This document shows, one piece after another, positions 38,401 to 51,500 of a stretch of 64,000 nt of DNA. Location of the stretch: positions 6,905,957 through 6,969,956 of the forward strand of contig MU053881.1 in the NCBI GenBank assembly GCA_013239625.1. Direction: 5' to 3'. The number at the start of each line of letters is the position of its first letter. The stretch's first letter is position 1. The notes under the pieces were generated by a model. The model searched no databases, was not told the DNA's origin, and worked only from the letters and a program-made list of their open reading frames with translations. Made by a program: the position numbers and the translations under genes. Source of the stretch: Lama guanicoe (Eukaryota).

Positions 38401-41400
38401 TCCTCGGGGGCGCTAGCCACATTTCAAGGGCTCAATAGCCAGATAAAGTGGTAACTACTTTTTGTAGTGGAGAGTGCAGATATAGAACACTTCTGAAATT
38501 GCAGAAATGTGATGCTCTAGAAAAAGACCACAGTTCTGTGTAAAGGAGAGACCTTAACATATAAGAGTCAGAACTGGTGGCTGGTGGGCCAGAGTCAGTT
38601 TGCAGACATGTTAAGTTTGGTCCACACAGTGTTTTAAAATCGAGAAATGTTCTACAAAACCCAGCTTCTCTAGAAACAAATGGAAGATGTGGTAACTCAG
38701 GCCTCATAGCTTACTGCGGCAAGAGTGAGCTGCATCTGAGCACAGATGGGGTCTGTTCTCTCTAGTTCACCATGGCTCCCACCGCTCTCTAAGGGATTAT
38801 CCTAAGGTGCTTCAATGATTTATATCATATGCATGCAGATTTTGGCTTTCTGACCATCAAGAAGTAATAGAATCCCACTGAAATAACCAAATAACCAGAT
38901 AAGATACATGAAGCAGCACTTTTTAAGACACTGGACATCAGATGATGAGACACGGAAAACAAATGTGATGATCCCTTTCTGCTTTGAGAGAGCCTCCAGG
39001 CCACGGTGCAAGGAGTGGGGAACGTAAGTGCAAGGCTGGTGAATGCCTTGAGTTGAGGAGACAGAGCTGTGAGTCAGGAAGCCTAGAGTTCACTGAATAG
39101 GTACCAGAGAGGAGAGAGCTGCACAGAGAACATTTTCTGGAGAACAGCAGAGGGTCGCGCTTCAGCAGAATGTGGTCAGTGCATGCATGTAAGGAAACTG
39201 CCTGGAGCTGGCAAAAGAACTACCCCAAAGGGTGAGAGGTCACAGCAGCCAGTCACAGGGCTGGAAACGGTGTCTGTTTCTATATGCCAGATTGGAAAAG
39301 CTCCAGATTCACAGTCACTGAGTAGAGCACACAGAGGGAGCTTGCCTCTGCAGTGGGGAATTATCAGCCCTAGCCTAAAAACCCTTCTGGCCTTGCCTTG
39401 TGAACCTTAAGAGCAAGAGTGAAGAAAAAAAAAATTTAAGCCATTCCCAGGCAACTTAACTGTATCCCAAAGCAAAGCTCAAAAATATTTATAGGAATGC
39501 AAAAATATCCATCCCTTAGAGAGTAAAATCCACAATGTCAAACATCCAATCAAAGATGGATGGGCGTATAGACAAGTGGGAAAAGGTGATCTGTAATTGG
39601 GAGGAAAAAAAACAACGCGTCAAAACTGAACTGACAAAGCTACTTGCTGAACAAGGACAATATCACTAGATTCCGTGTGTTCAAAAAGTTAAGTGGAAGC
39701 ATGAGAAATACAAAAGGACCCAAGTGCAACTTCTAGATATGGAAACGATGGTATGTGAGATGAGAACAACACTGTTTGGTATTGATAGCAGATTAAACGC
39801 TGCAGAAGAAAATGTTAGTCAACATGAAGCTACAGCTATGGAAGCTACCCCAAAATGAAACACACAGAGAAAGCAGAATTGAAATGAGACAATGAAAAGA
39901 GCACTAGGGAACTCTAGGACAACTTCAAGTTGCCTACTATATGTGTAAGTAAAGTCCAAAGGAGAGGAAGAAGTGTGCATGTGCAGGGGGGCAGGAGAAG
40001 ACAGAAAGGTAATATTTGAAGAAGTAACGGCTGAAAATTGTTCAAATTGGATGAAAATGATAAACCCATAGATCCAAGAAGCTGAACAAACTCCAAGCCC
40101 AAGAAACAGGTAGAAAACTACCCCCAAGGTATATCAGAATCAAATTGCTTAAAACCAGTGATAAAGGGAAGATCTTAAAAGCAGTCGGAGAAAAAAGACA
40201 TCACATCCAGAGGCACAAACATAAGGGAGACAGCTACTTCTCATCAGGAACAATTCAAATGGGAAGATAGTGGAGCAAGGTTTCAAAGGACTGAAAGAAA
40301 ATTACTATCAACCTAGAGTTTAATATCCAGCAAAAGGATCTTTAAAAACAAAGTCTTTTCAGACATTGACAATCTGAAAAAATTCATCACCAGCTGCCTT
40401 GCACTACCGCAAAGGTTAAAGAAAGTCCTTCAGGCAGAAGGGAGAGGGTTCCAGGTATAAACCTGGTTCTGCACCAGGAAATGAAGCATATCAGGACATA
40501 TATGTGTATATACTTGACCCTTGAGGGCATTTGAGTTTGCATCTCCTGGACCTCATACAATATTATCACTTCATTCATATTTCATTCATTTAATGAACTG
40601 CTACTGAATACCTACAATGGGTCAGGCCTTTGTTAGTTACTCAGGCTACAGAGATAAGGGACAGAATCCCCACCCCAGGACACTGACATTCTGAAGGGAG
40701 GGTCAGATACACAAATCAATTGCACTGCAGTGACAGCAGGGCTGAGGCATCTGCGTGTACAAGTCCAGTGGGAGCAGGAAGGCAGCAGTCATTTCCCGCT
40801 GGCATTCAGGACAGACTTTTGGGAGGAAAGGAACCTAAGCTGGATTTGGGGATATATTAAGAGTGATCAGATGAAGAACAGTGGATGGACGTTCTAGGAA
40901 GGGGAGATATGTTGCAAAGGCGTGGCACCAGTGTGTTTGCTGGAACTGCGAGTGTGTCAGAGCAGCTGGGCTGTACGGGTGGGGAGTGGAAAGCAAAAAG
41001 GCCACAGTGGCTGGTCACAATTACGAAGGAAGTGTGAGCCGTTCTAAGGAGGCTGAGAAGGGTGGTGAAGTGAGTGCGCCAGGGAGAACACTGAGGGACA
41101 ACCTGCATCTTGGCTGCGGGGGACTGTAAAAGACGATTTAGAGGAGGGCTCAGCTGGAGGCATGGAACCCAGTTAGAGGATGATGGCTGTGATTCCCCCA
41201 TGAGGTGGGAGCTTCTCTGAGGCTGTGGCTGTGAAGATGAAGGCTCTGCCTGCTGGGAAGATCCTTTTTATCTTAAGACTGAGCTCAGCTGATGTCTGTC
41301 TGAAGCGGCTGCCAGTTAGCGCAGAAGGATGGCTATAAATAAACACTCTCACTGCGGGTGAGGTTGGGGTAGACTATTCCTTTAATTATTTGAAATCTAA

Positions 41401-44400
41401 AACAACAACTTGGGCTGCAGTAAAATCCCCCTCTGATTTTGAATGTGTGCCCCAGACAAGCTGTGAGGTGTGCCCAGGGAACGTGAAGGGGGAGCGTGGG
41501 GAGTGATGGGGAAGGTGTCCAGGGAGGGGCTGGGCTGCCCCGATCGGTGACTCTCAGAGTCACCATCCCTTTTGGCAGAAAGGTGTAATAAGCACCAATT
41601 CCAGCTCTACTGCTGTGAGCTCTGAGCCTGGAATGAGTCCTTGACCACCCTCAGTGTCCCAGACTATAAAATGAAGGAATGGGTTACATGAACTGCATGG
41701 GCTTTTCCTTTTAAAGATATTATTTTAGATCTGAACAGGCAGATAGGAGGGCTTTCTGAGTAAAAGGGCAGGCTCCGAGGTCAGACGACACGAGACTCAA
41801 CTCTTCCATTCCCTAGCTGCGAGTCTGTGGACAAGTTAACTGGGTTCCCTGAGCCTCAGCTTCCTCATCTGTAAAATGGACACAATAACAGGACCAACCA
41901 AAGGGGAAAGGTGGGGAGGGGGTGTGTGTGGATAAACTGGGAGTTTGGGATTAGCAGATACAAACTACTATATACAGAACAGCAGAACAGATAAACAACA
42001 AGGTCCTACTGTATAGCACAGGGAACTATACTCAATAGCTTGCAATAAACTTTAATGAGAAAGAATATTTATATAACCGAATCACTGTGCTGTACACCAG
42101 AAACTAACACACGATTGTAAATCAACTCTACTTCAATTAAAAGAAAAACAGAGCCTACCTCAAAGGATCAGTGGCAGAGTTAGAGGAAATAATGGGGAAA
42201 TAATAAAACATACTGAAGATGCTTTGGCTATTCTGACTATCGTAGGCAAAATCACAATGAGCACCGTGTCAGACTCTCACTGATTATTTTATCTTGCTGA
42301 AGGGGGAGGATTAAAAATCAGAAAGGCATGGGCTTTGGAGCGAAGGAGATCCAGGCTCTTCTGAAGAGGGCTCTGCCTCCTACCAGCTGTGGGACTCGGG
42401 AAAGTCACTTCGACCCGCTGAGCCTCAGTTTCCTCATCTTTGGAAGAAAAAAGAAGGAGCTCCCCTGCGTGTAGACACGAAGGGGGCAGCCCTGGTGCCG
42501 TCCTCGATGCGTGTAGACGTTCGGTGCTTATTCCCTTCCCTTGTACACAGGTTCATTTGTTGTGATCATCACCCTTAAGGGTTATGGAAAAGACACTATG
42601 TTTATGCACAGCAGACCGAAATAAGATCACACTGCTCTGAATAGCTCAGTTTTCTTCCCTGGTGCGTAAAAAAACCAAACCAAACCAAAACAAAACAAAA
42701 CAGCATTAGACAGATTTTGTAAGAAGGTAGGTTCTGGCAAGGAAGATTTCTCTGTCTGCGGATATATAGTCACCGTCTCAGGACACGGTTTTTCCCAGAG
42801 ACAACATGAATACTCTAACGGAGGAGGGTTTTTAAATAAAACTGTAACACCTCTTTTTAGAGGGTCTGGTCTAACACCCATTGTATAGCTGCTCACGATC
42901 TGGTTAAATCAGAATACAGGTTGAAATCTGCTGATACCCATTTGGAGTTTATTAATTTTTTAATGCTGTAAGTTTTGTAATTTAAATCCACAGTGTAACT
43001 TTAAAAAAATTAAGGAGAGGGCAGCGAAGGGTTGGTGATGTCAGCAACAATAGGTGCTGGGTGATTGCCTGTATGGTATGAATGCTCACCGCGCCCATTA
43101 CCACAGTGCAGTTAGACTGGGAAAGGCTGACGTCCAATCGGAGAGGTAGTGTGGTCATGCCTGTTGACTTGTCTGCCTTCCTGATAAGGCTGCAGCTCTC
43201 CTAACAGCAGAGACAGCCTCCTGTCTCATCTGCTCAGTGCCTGCCTGAGGTAGAAGAGACAGCGGAAGAAGAAGGGAGGAAGAATGGAGGGAGGGCCCCA
43301 GGGTGAACACAGCCGTCATGAGAGACGTGCCCAGCCTGCAGCAGAACCGAGGCAGCGGCCGGGTCGGTCCCTCTCCCACTTGCTCCTTCCCTCCCTCATT
43401 CATTGGCTCATCCCTGTCCAGGTTCCCTGTCCTCCCCACATGAAAAGAGCCTCCCTTCAACCGGCCGACACTCCTTCTCCCCAGTGGGGCCCAGAACACC
43501 TGACTTCCACTCAGCTCCATGCAAAACACCGGCCAAGGGGCCGTTGACAAACACCTCTCCCAGCGCTTTGCTTTCCCTGTTGGTAAACATGGGAATAACT
43601 CTTCCTGTCTGCTGCACAACATGACCGTGAAGCACAAGTAAAAGGGAACTTGTAAAACTGCTGGGGTGGAGGTCATGGCTGAGAGGCGGGGACGCCGTGC
43701 TGTGCCCTCTGATTCTCGGTTCCCCTTCCCACGTATGGTTCCCCACCGAGGTCCAAGCCCTGAGACTGATGTCCTGGCTTCTCCCTGGCTCTTCATGTGA
43801 CAGGACAGAATTCTGGAAGGCTTGGCTCCATCTCCTCCTCCTCCTCCATCTCCATCCTCCTCTCCTCCCCCATCTCCTCCTCTTCCTCCATCTCCTCCTC
43901 CTTTTTAACTTTTTAAAAACAACTCCAAGAATACCTTTTCAGACCATAGGGACCACCTGTGTCATGGGGTGCTCAATGTTACTGCGCCCCAGGCCTCTTC
44001 CCTGGAGGTTCTGGTGGGTTAAGCCTCCAGCAGCCCTGGTAATGAGTGTTCATAGCAGGTGCCCCCATGTGATCCCTGTGGTCGGGCTAGTCAGGGATTC
44101 CCTCATCAGGACCAAGCCCCTCATTCTGCTGATGCACAATCGGGGTCTAGGGACCCCTTGCCTGAGGTCACACGGTGGGCACTGCCCTTGGGCAGGATGC
44201 TACAGTCAGACTCAACAAGGCCCCCATCCCACCCGCTGTGCCTTCTAACATCACCATGAGAGGCCTTCAATGAAGGTCAAAGACTAGTCCCCGCACACAG
44301 CAAGCCAGGGCTGCAGCCGGGACTGGAGCCCAGGTCGTGGCAGGGCTCTGTGTGCTGTCTTGGCCTGACTTCCTGTAGCGGGGTTCGCCCCACTTCTAGG

Positions 44401-47400
44401 GCTAAGGCGAGGCAGTGAGAACTATGTTTACCGGCTGCCCAGCCCCCTCGGCCTCTCTCCCTGGTGCTGAGTGCTGCCTGGGGTTTGTGGGGAGGAGGCG
44501 GAATGAGTCACCTCCGGCCACTCACTGTCACTTGGTCCTCTGGGGGTGTGGGAGTGGGGGACAACTTCAGAGGTTTGCACACAGATGTAGCAATGACTTC
44601 CTGCTTTATCCATCAGCACCGCAGTCCTGTGCACGCGCCCCCCCAGCAGTGGTCCCAGCTGGCTGGGAAGGTGTGCTTTGAGGGCCCCCAAAGCAGGAGG
44701 CCCTGGGAGCCTGCATCTGCTGCAGGCTGGACTGCCGGGCCCGCTCTGTTCTCTCTCAGCAACCTACTGCTCCTCTGTGGGGGCCTGTGGTTTGACATTT
44801 CCTTCCTTCACCACTTAGAGCCCCAGCAGCCTCCAGCCTGGCTGCTAAAGATACTGGTAAAAAAGAGGTACCGCAGAGAGCGCGAGGTCTTTTCAGGATG
44901 AAAGCGGCTGCCAAGCCAGTCGGGGGGGGGGAGGGGGGGGGGCCCAAACGCTCTGGGGGACTGGGGACGTCGAGCTGCTGCCCAGCACCCGCTTCGTCAG
45001 GTCGTTCCCGAGACCTCGCCTCCTCGCCGAGGCCCGCTCATTTTCGATTGCAACCGCAGGGCACCCACGCGCCCCGGCCGCCTCACCCAGCCCGCACCGC
45101 CGCTGCGTGTGCACGCACGGCTCTCACCTCAAATTTCACTTCCTTAAATGTTCACTGTTTACTGCCCGTCCCTCTCCGCTGGCAGGTGCGCTCCTGAGTG
45201 CTGGCATCCCTGTCTGCTTTGCTCGCCGAGCTCCCAGCAGAGCTCCCGGCACTTAGAAGGCCCTTTAGCGCACGTTGTTGAATGAAGGGGTGACTGAGTT
45301 GGGGTCGTGGTGGCTGCAGCCACCAGTGCCTCACCTAGCCAGGGCGCAGGATCCCCTGAGTTCTGCAGGCGCCCCTCCATCGCATGTCAGGGAGGGAAGG
45401 AGAGGGCCTCCCACCGGCTTCTCAAAACAATAGCTTAAAGGAAACAGAACCACATTCTGGTGGTGTGATGAGGAGGCCTCTAGGAAGCCCCACCCCTGCT
45501 TTAAAGCGTCTCCCTAGTGACGTGTGAAATTCCATCAATGACATTGTGACGAGGATTGAAGCTGCCCTCCTTCCTTCTCGGTCCTCCTGAGCCCCCAGCG
45601 TGTTGACTGAAATTCGTTTACCCTGTCATTCTAATGAGTTGAGCAGCAGTTCCCAGGGAGAAGCAGGGAAGAACGGGGGCTGGGGGATGAGGAGGGCAGC
45701 AAGAAATGGTGGGTGCCGAGACTGCTTTTGCTAACTCAGCAATTTTTAGGCCAAACTTGTTACCTTGAGGTGGTCACTTAAACAGGCGTGTAGACTCGGG
45801 GTCATTCCCAGATGGGCCGCCGGCTCAATGGCTTTCACCCTCAGGGCACACAGGGCAGTAACACGGGATGCCATGTGCTGAAAGCGTGCTGCTCCGGAGA
45901 TTAGGGAGCCTGGCTTCGGGGGCTGGTCTGTGTTGTGCGGAGAGGGTGGCCTTCATCACGAACCTGCGACTGCAGGCCGGTGCCTTCCTTTGTCCGGGCC
46001 TGTGGCCCCATCTGTATAAGGACGCTGGACTAGCTCACCTCTGGGGCTCCACCAGCTACCCTAAATCTCTAGGGAACGTGAGTCCGTCTACTGTTGAGGG
46101 CTCCCTTGGTCTCAGCAATGGTGCTAAGGGAGGCTGGAGCCTCTTGTCATTCTGGAGGTTCCAGAGAGCCCACGGAGTGGACGCTTACTGCCAGGGTGTG
46201 CCGTGCTGCGCGTGGAGGTTTGGAGACTTGCTAGTTCACAGCACCCAAGGAATAGGCGGTCCTTGGCAAGGATAACCTCCGGCCATGGGTGATTCACGGA
46301 GTCTCCCACTCTGCAGGCTGTCCCTGGATCAGGAACACCTCACCAAGTGTGTATAAGAATCCATGTCACCAAGGAGGAGTCAGGGAGTAGAGAATGGAAG
46401 GAGGTTTCAGGCCAAAGAAGCCCACCTTAGCTCTCGTAAAGAGTTATGCAATGAGCAGCTGGTTCCTCCGAGGCTCTGAGACGGTTTGAAGATTTCTAGA
46501 AGCCAGACATCACCACAGGGATGCCAAACCGAGAGTCAGGGCACCTCAGCCCCAGGAGTACTAACACAACAAAGTGCACGGCAGTCATCTCCAGAGCATA
46601 AGGCTGCAGGGTTTCCAAGAAGGAGCCAGGTGCGAGCTGGCGGTCTTCCCGGAGGGGCTCTGAGCTAGACCCAGGAGGCTGAGCCAGACGCAGAGAGGTT
46701 CCTGGGCAGAGGCAGGGACTGGCAGGGAGATGGAGGTGACACGTTCTGGGAGCAAGGGAGGAGCAGAGGCCGCATTGTGTAGGGACTGGCTGGAGGCTGG
46801 AGGAGGAGGCAGGTCGAGCTTGGCCCAGGTGCCTGAGGTCACACGGATCAGGGAACTTCAGGGCTCAGTGCGAGGAAGGCTGGGGTGTGGGAGAGATAAT
46901 GGCTGTGTTACCTCAGCAGTCCCTTTGTCTTATAGGATTCTCAGTAAGTTAAGTCAAGAAATCAACAAGAATGAAGAGAGAAGGAGCATTTTCACACGCA
47001 AGTGAGTGGGACTGGTGAGGGACCGGAGTGAAACGCAAGGAATTTGCAAACCCAAGTCTAATCTCTCATGGGAGGCACGGGACTGGTTTGTCCCCATTTT
47101 TGATCTGCAGCGATCCTTCAGTTCCAGGGGCTCCCCCTCTCTGCCCTGCATCCTGCCCCGAGTCTGGGGCAGCCGGGGAGCTTCTCCTAGAAAGTCAGGC
47201 AGTCACGAGCTCCCAGCCTTGGCACCAACATGGCTTTGGTAGTTTCCAGAATTTTCGGGCAGCCTGGGCTGGGTTGTGGAGCAACAAGAAGAGAGTCCTG
47301 GGTGGTGAGACATACCCACATACCCTCCCCAGGGGCTCCTTTTTTAGGGCGGGGCTGAGGAAAGAGGGAGGTCGCCCTATGTCTGTAGGGCCATTAATGC

Positions 47401-48529
47401 AATGCTATTTGCCTTGCAGACCCCAAGTCCAGCGGTTTCCCGAGGAGACAGGTGAGTCTCGGGGAGAGAGCGACTGCTTTGGGAGGTGACAGGCACTTCA
47501 ATGCTGTCTGCTGGTCCAGATTGAGGGGAGGAGGCATGTCACTGTGCCAGCACCTGGCTCTGGTCCCTGCTCAGAGGGGATCCTCTGCAGAGACACAGTG
47601 AGGGGGTGCATGGAAGACCCGGGGTGCATGGAAGAACCGGGGCTTTGAATGAGCACCTGAGCAGAGCTAATCCCACTGCTTCTGAGTCTTTAAAGCAGTT
47701 ATTCAACTGTTAAACTGCACATCCTGTTAAAAGGCTGAATCAGAAGCTCTAGGGACAGGACCTGGGTACCTGCATATTTTAAAGCAGCAGGTGACCTTTA
47801 TGCACGGGAAAGGCTGAGAACCCCTGTCTGTCTGGTAGAAGGAGCCTTCAGGTAAAACTCCTAGGGCCAGTACTAAATGGTTAACGCCCTGGGAGGGAGG
47901 GTGAAGGCCGGGGTGGGAGGAGGCAGCGGGGGAGGGGGGCATCCCAGCAGTGGGGGGCTGCTACACCCCTCCCGTCTTCCTCCGTACTGATGATGGCGTT
48001 ATCCTCTTCCACAGAAAGCCATGAAGAAGACAACGGGGGCTGGTCATCCTTTGTGAGTATGGGGTGGGCCGTTCATCCACCTTACGGCAGTTTCCGAAGC
48101 GCTTTTGTAATAAATAAGAACAAGCATAAATGCCTAAAGCTGCCCAAGGCCCCCCTAGAGCCACCCAGGGCTCAGACGACGTGCTCTGTGAAGGCAGATA
48201 GTCAGCTTTTGGGCCTTTTGATCCACAAGGTCTCATACACCCTCCCTTCTCCCCTCGCAGCACGGGAGCAGCCGTAGATGACACTGGGATGAACGGGCTT
48301 GGCTGTGTGCTGACAAACACAGACGGAGGGCTGGACTTGGCCGTGGGCTTGCGGTGCTGACCACACCGCTACCACCCCCACAGCAGGGCCTTCCCCAAAC
48401 CCCTCCTCCACATGGTCTACACTAAAGTAGCTTTTCTTATAGACTTTAGTCCCCACACAGAGGGAGAAAGAGTTCAGAATTAACTTATTAGCTTTGAAAG
48501 ACCTCAAGGAAGGTCTGATCTAATTGGGG

Positions 48530-48574
<45 letters not shown>

Positions 48575-51500
48575 GTTTTTTGTTTGTTTGTTTGTTTGTT
48601 TGGTAGGGGGAAGTAATTAGGTTTATTTATTTATTCTTGAAGGAGGTACTGGGGATTGAACCCAGGACCTCACGCATGCTATGCATGCACTCAAAACTTG
48701 AGCTATACCCTCCCCACTGATCCAATTGGTTTTTATATTTGAGGGGCCATGGTGACCCCACTGAGAGTCTGACGAATTCTGCACACCTTCTCCCCAGAAA
48801 ACTGTACAGGTAGTCACTGCACCTGAAGCCAGGCTCAGGCTGACTCCATTACGGCTCGTAGCCCTGTCTGCTCACTTTACAGATGAAGCAGCTGACCCCA
48901 GTGGGGACCGTGACTTTGTGGAGCCACACAGCTAGCTAGAGGCAGGCCCAGGCTCCCGGTCGCCCACCCTCAGTCCAGTAGGCTATCTGGTAAGCGGCTG
49001 CCTCTAGCGCCGTTAGGAAGCAGGCGCTAAACATCCCCTGTTCTGTTGGGATTCTGGTAAAAGGAAGCATTGAATTTGAAAAAAGGAAAAGCTAACTAAG
49101 TCTGTGCTTTCTACACAAAAGCAAAGGAATATGACAGATGTATTCTGTTATAAAAGGAAAAGAGACAGGACTTGCCCCCAGATGTTTACATTCACTGCCT
49201 CTTTGCTGTTGCTTGCCGGGCAGTCCCTCCTGTGCGGGAGCTCAGCCTGAGGCCGGCCTCCCCAGTCTGCTCTGTAAACCAGGAGCCTCCAGTCGCTGCT
49301 GGCGACCACACCTGGGGTTCCTATCATGTGCCCGCACAACACAGGGCACTAGAGGGACGGGGAGGAGAGAAAGAACCCAATGCTATGACCATTCTATAGC
49401 TTGGATAACACATACACAGGGCAGAAGATGATTAGGGACAAAAACACGCATACAAATATAGGAGCCAAGTCCCTGGGAGAAAGTAACTGTCATAGAAGCA
49501 GAGAGGAAAGGGCTATTGTTGAGAAGGGCTTATGGGGTAAGGCTTGGTGGAAAATCAGGAGCCATGGGGCTGGGGTGTGCGGGCCGAGAGGCGGTAGGAC
49601 CCCCTGCTGGTCCGGGAGGCAGTCAGCAAGGGCTGGAGAGGCCCTGAGGCCGTGGCTCTGAAGTCCCGTTCACCTGGGGTTCCGTCCCCTGCTCTCAAGG
49701 TACAGAACACCGATGGCAGGACGAAGTCTTTTTCAGAGTTCAGGAAGATACTCAACCTCACCCTGCCTTCTGATGTTCAAATACATATATATATTCCTCA
49801 ATTCAAAAATGAACACAGGCACCTCTCAGTTGAGGACCTTAGACAGTCTTCCCTAAGCCGCTGAGCAAAGCTGTCAGGATTTCTAGGCTGTCAGTCCGTT
49901 CCTTTCCTCAGCCTCCCATTACCTCTTTCCACACTGCTCGTGACTCCAGAGGGATGCCCTGGGCGCATTCAGTACCCACCTGGCCTTGGCCTGAGACTGA
50001 CTGACAAGCCAGTCATCGCTCGGCAGCTGATGCTGCTGCCCCTGCTTGGGAAATCATTTCTGTAACTGTCCACTTCCACGGGCTGCTTCCCAGGCAATCA
50101 CCCAGCCCCTCAGGTTACTTTCCCTGAGACTCACAAAGAAGCACAAGTAAAATACAATAAAAAATTTAAAATTTAGAAAGTGTCTCTTCCAGCTGTCGGA
50201 TGCCATGGACAATAAGCTGTTGTTTCCATATGCTCAGCTCTCAGCAGAAAGACTAGCCCAGCCCTGACCATCCCCGCTCGGGCACAACTTAATCTGCCTT
50301 CTAATTACCCGGTTTTGCTTATCTGGTTTCCCCATTAGCACTGTCTTAGAGGCTGCACCGGGTCACAGTGGGAAGAAATTTTTGAGTGTAGGCACCCTGA
50401 GAACAGAACTGACAATTAACTAGGTGCATCACAGGCGCTCCAGGCGGTTAGTCTTCGTCTTGGCGACGCCTGGAGTAAAAATGTGTTTACTTGAAACAGC
50501 GGGCTGTCACATCCCTCTAGTCCAGTGTTCTCATTTCTTCTGCTTTTCTATGTTGTGCAAAAAAAAAAAAATGCAGAGAAAAATACACTTACCTTGTGGT
50601 CTGAAGGCCTTGATGGGGGTCCCAAGTCTACATCTCTCTGGCCCTGAGATTTGTACTCCCTGACCTCAGTGTTCTCGTGTGTAAATGGGAGGGACCGTCC
50701 TAGTGCTGCCCACCCCCAAGTGAGTACCACTGGGAGGCTCGGCAGAGGGAGAGCAGGTGCAGGTACGTGGTGCGCCAGGGAGCCTCTACACACCACACTG
50801 TCCCCATCACTGCGTCGGCAGGAAGAAGATGACTATGAAAGTCCCAATGATGATCCGGATGGGGAGGACGATGGTGACTATGAGTCCCCCAATGAGGAGG
50901 AAGAGGCGCCGGTGGAAGATGATGCCGATTATGAGCCGCCACCCTCCAATGACGAGGAAGCCCTGCAGAACTCCATCCTGCCTGCCAAGCCTTTCTCCAA
51001 CTCCAACTCCATGTACATAGGTAAGGGCCCTTGGCGGCCCAGCCCCTACTGATGCATGGGGGAACCAACACCCATGCACCAGAAAGCTTTGTGTGCTATG
51101 CCAGCTCAGCTTCTGAACAGCTGTGTGGCTTTGGGCAAGTGACTCCACCTCTCTGGGCCTCAATTTCCTCATCTGTGAAATAGGATAATAATAATACCGA
51201 CCACGGGTTTGCTGTGAGGATTATTACTACTGCAGATAAATCACTGTCGGTGGTGGCTGACATCAGCCCTGAACTGCCACTTAAGGGTACTGGCAGTAAC
51301 TCATTCTGTGTGTCACTCTGATGCTCAGGAGTCCTTTCCTGTTCCTCCCAATCTTTGCCCAATTCACGGTTATGTGGCACTGCTACCTACAGACTGTCAG
51401 AATAAATATAATGATGCTGGATGTGACTTGACCATAACTTTAAACATTTTAAACAGTATTTAAGATTTTCATGATCTATCTGTTCCTATCAGCCCATATC

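Noticed and set aside
43155..44248. ORFs of 213 aa (minus) and 183 aa (plus) in intron 3
   Set aside because: Partly produced by a low-complexity CTC tract; no coding signature
48641..48715. tRNA-Ala-like sequence on the minus strand (also near 53795-53866)
   Set aside because: Mutated D-arm, SINE body and tail, and a TSD show it is a SINE, not a tRNA gene
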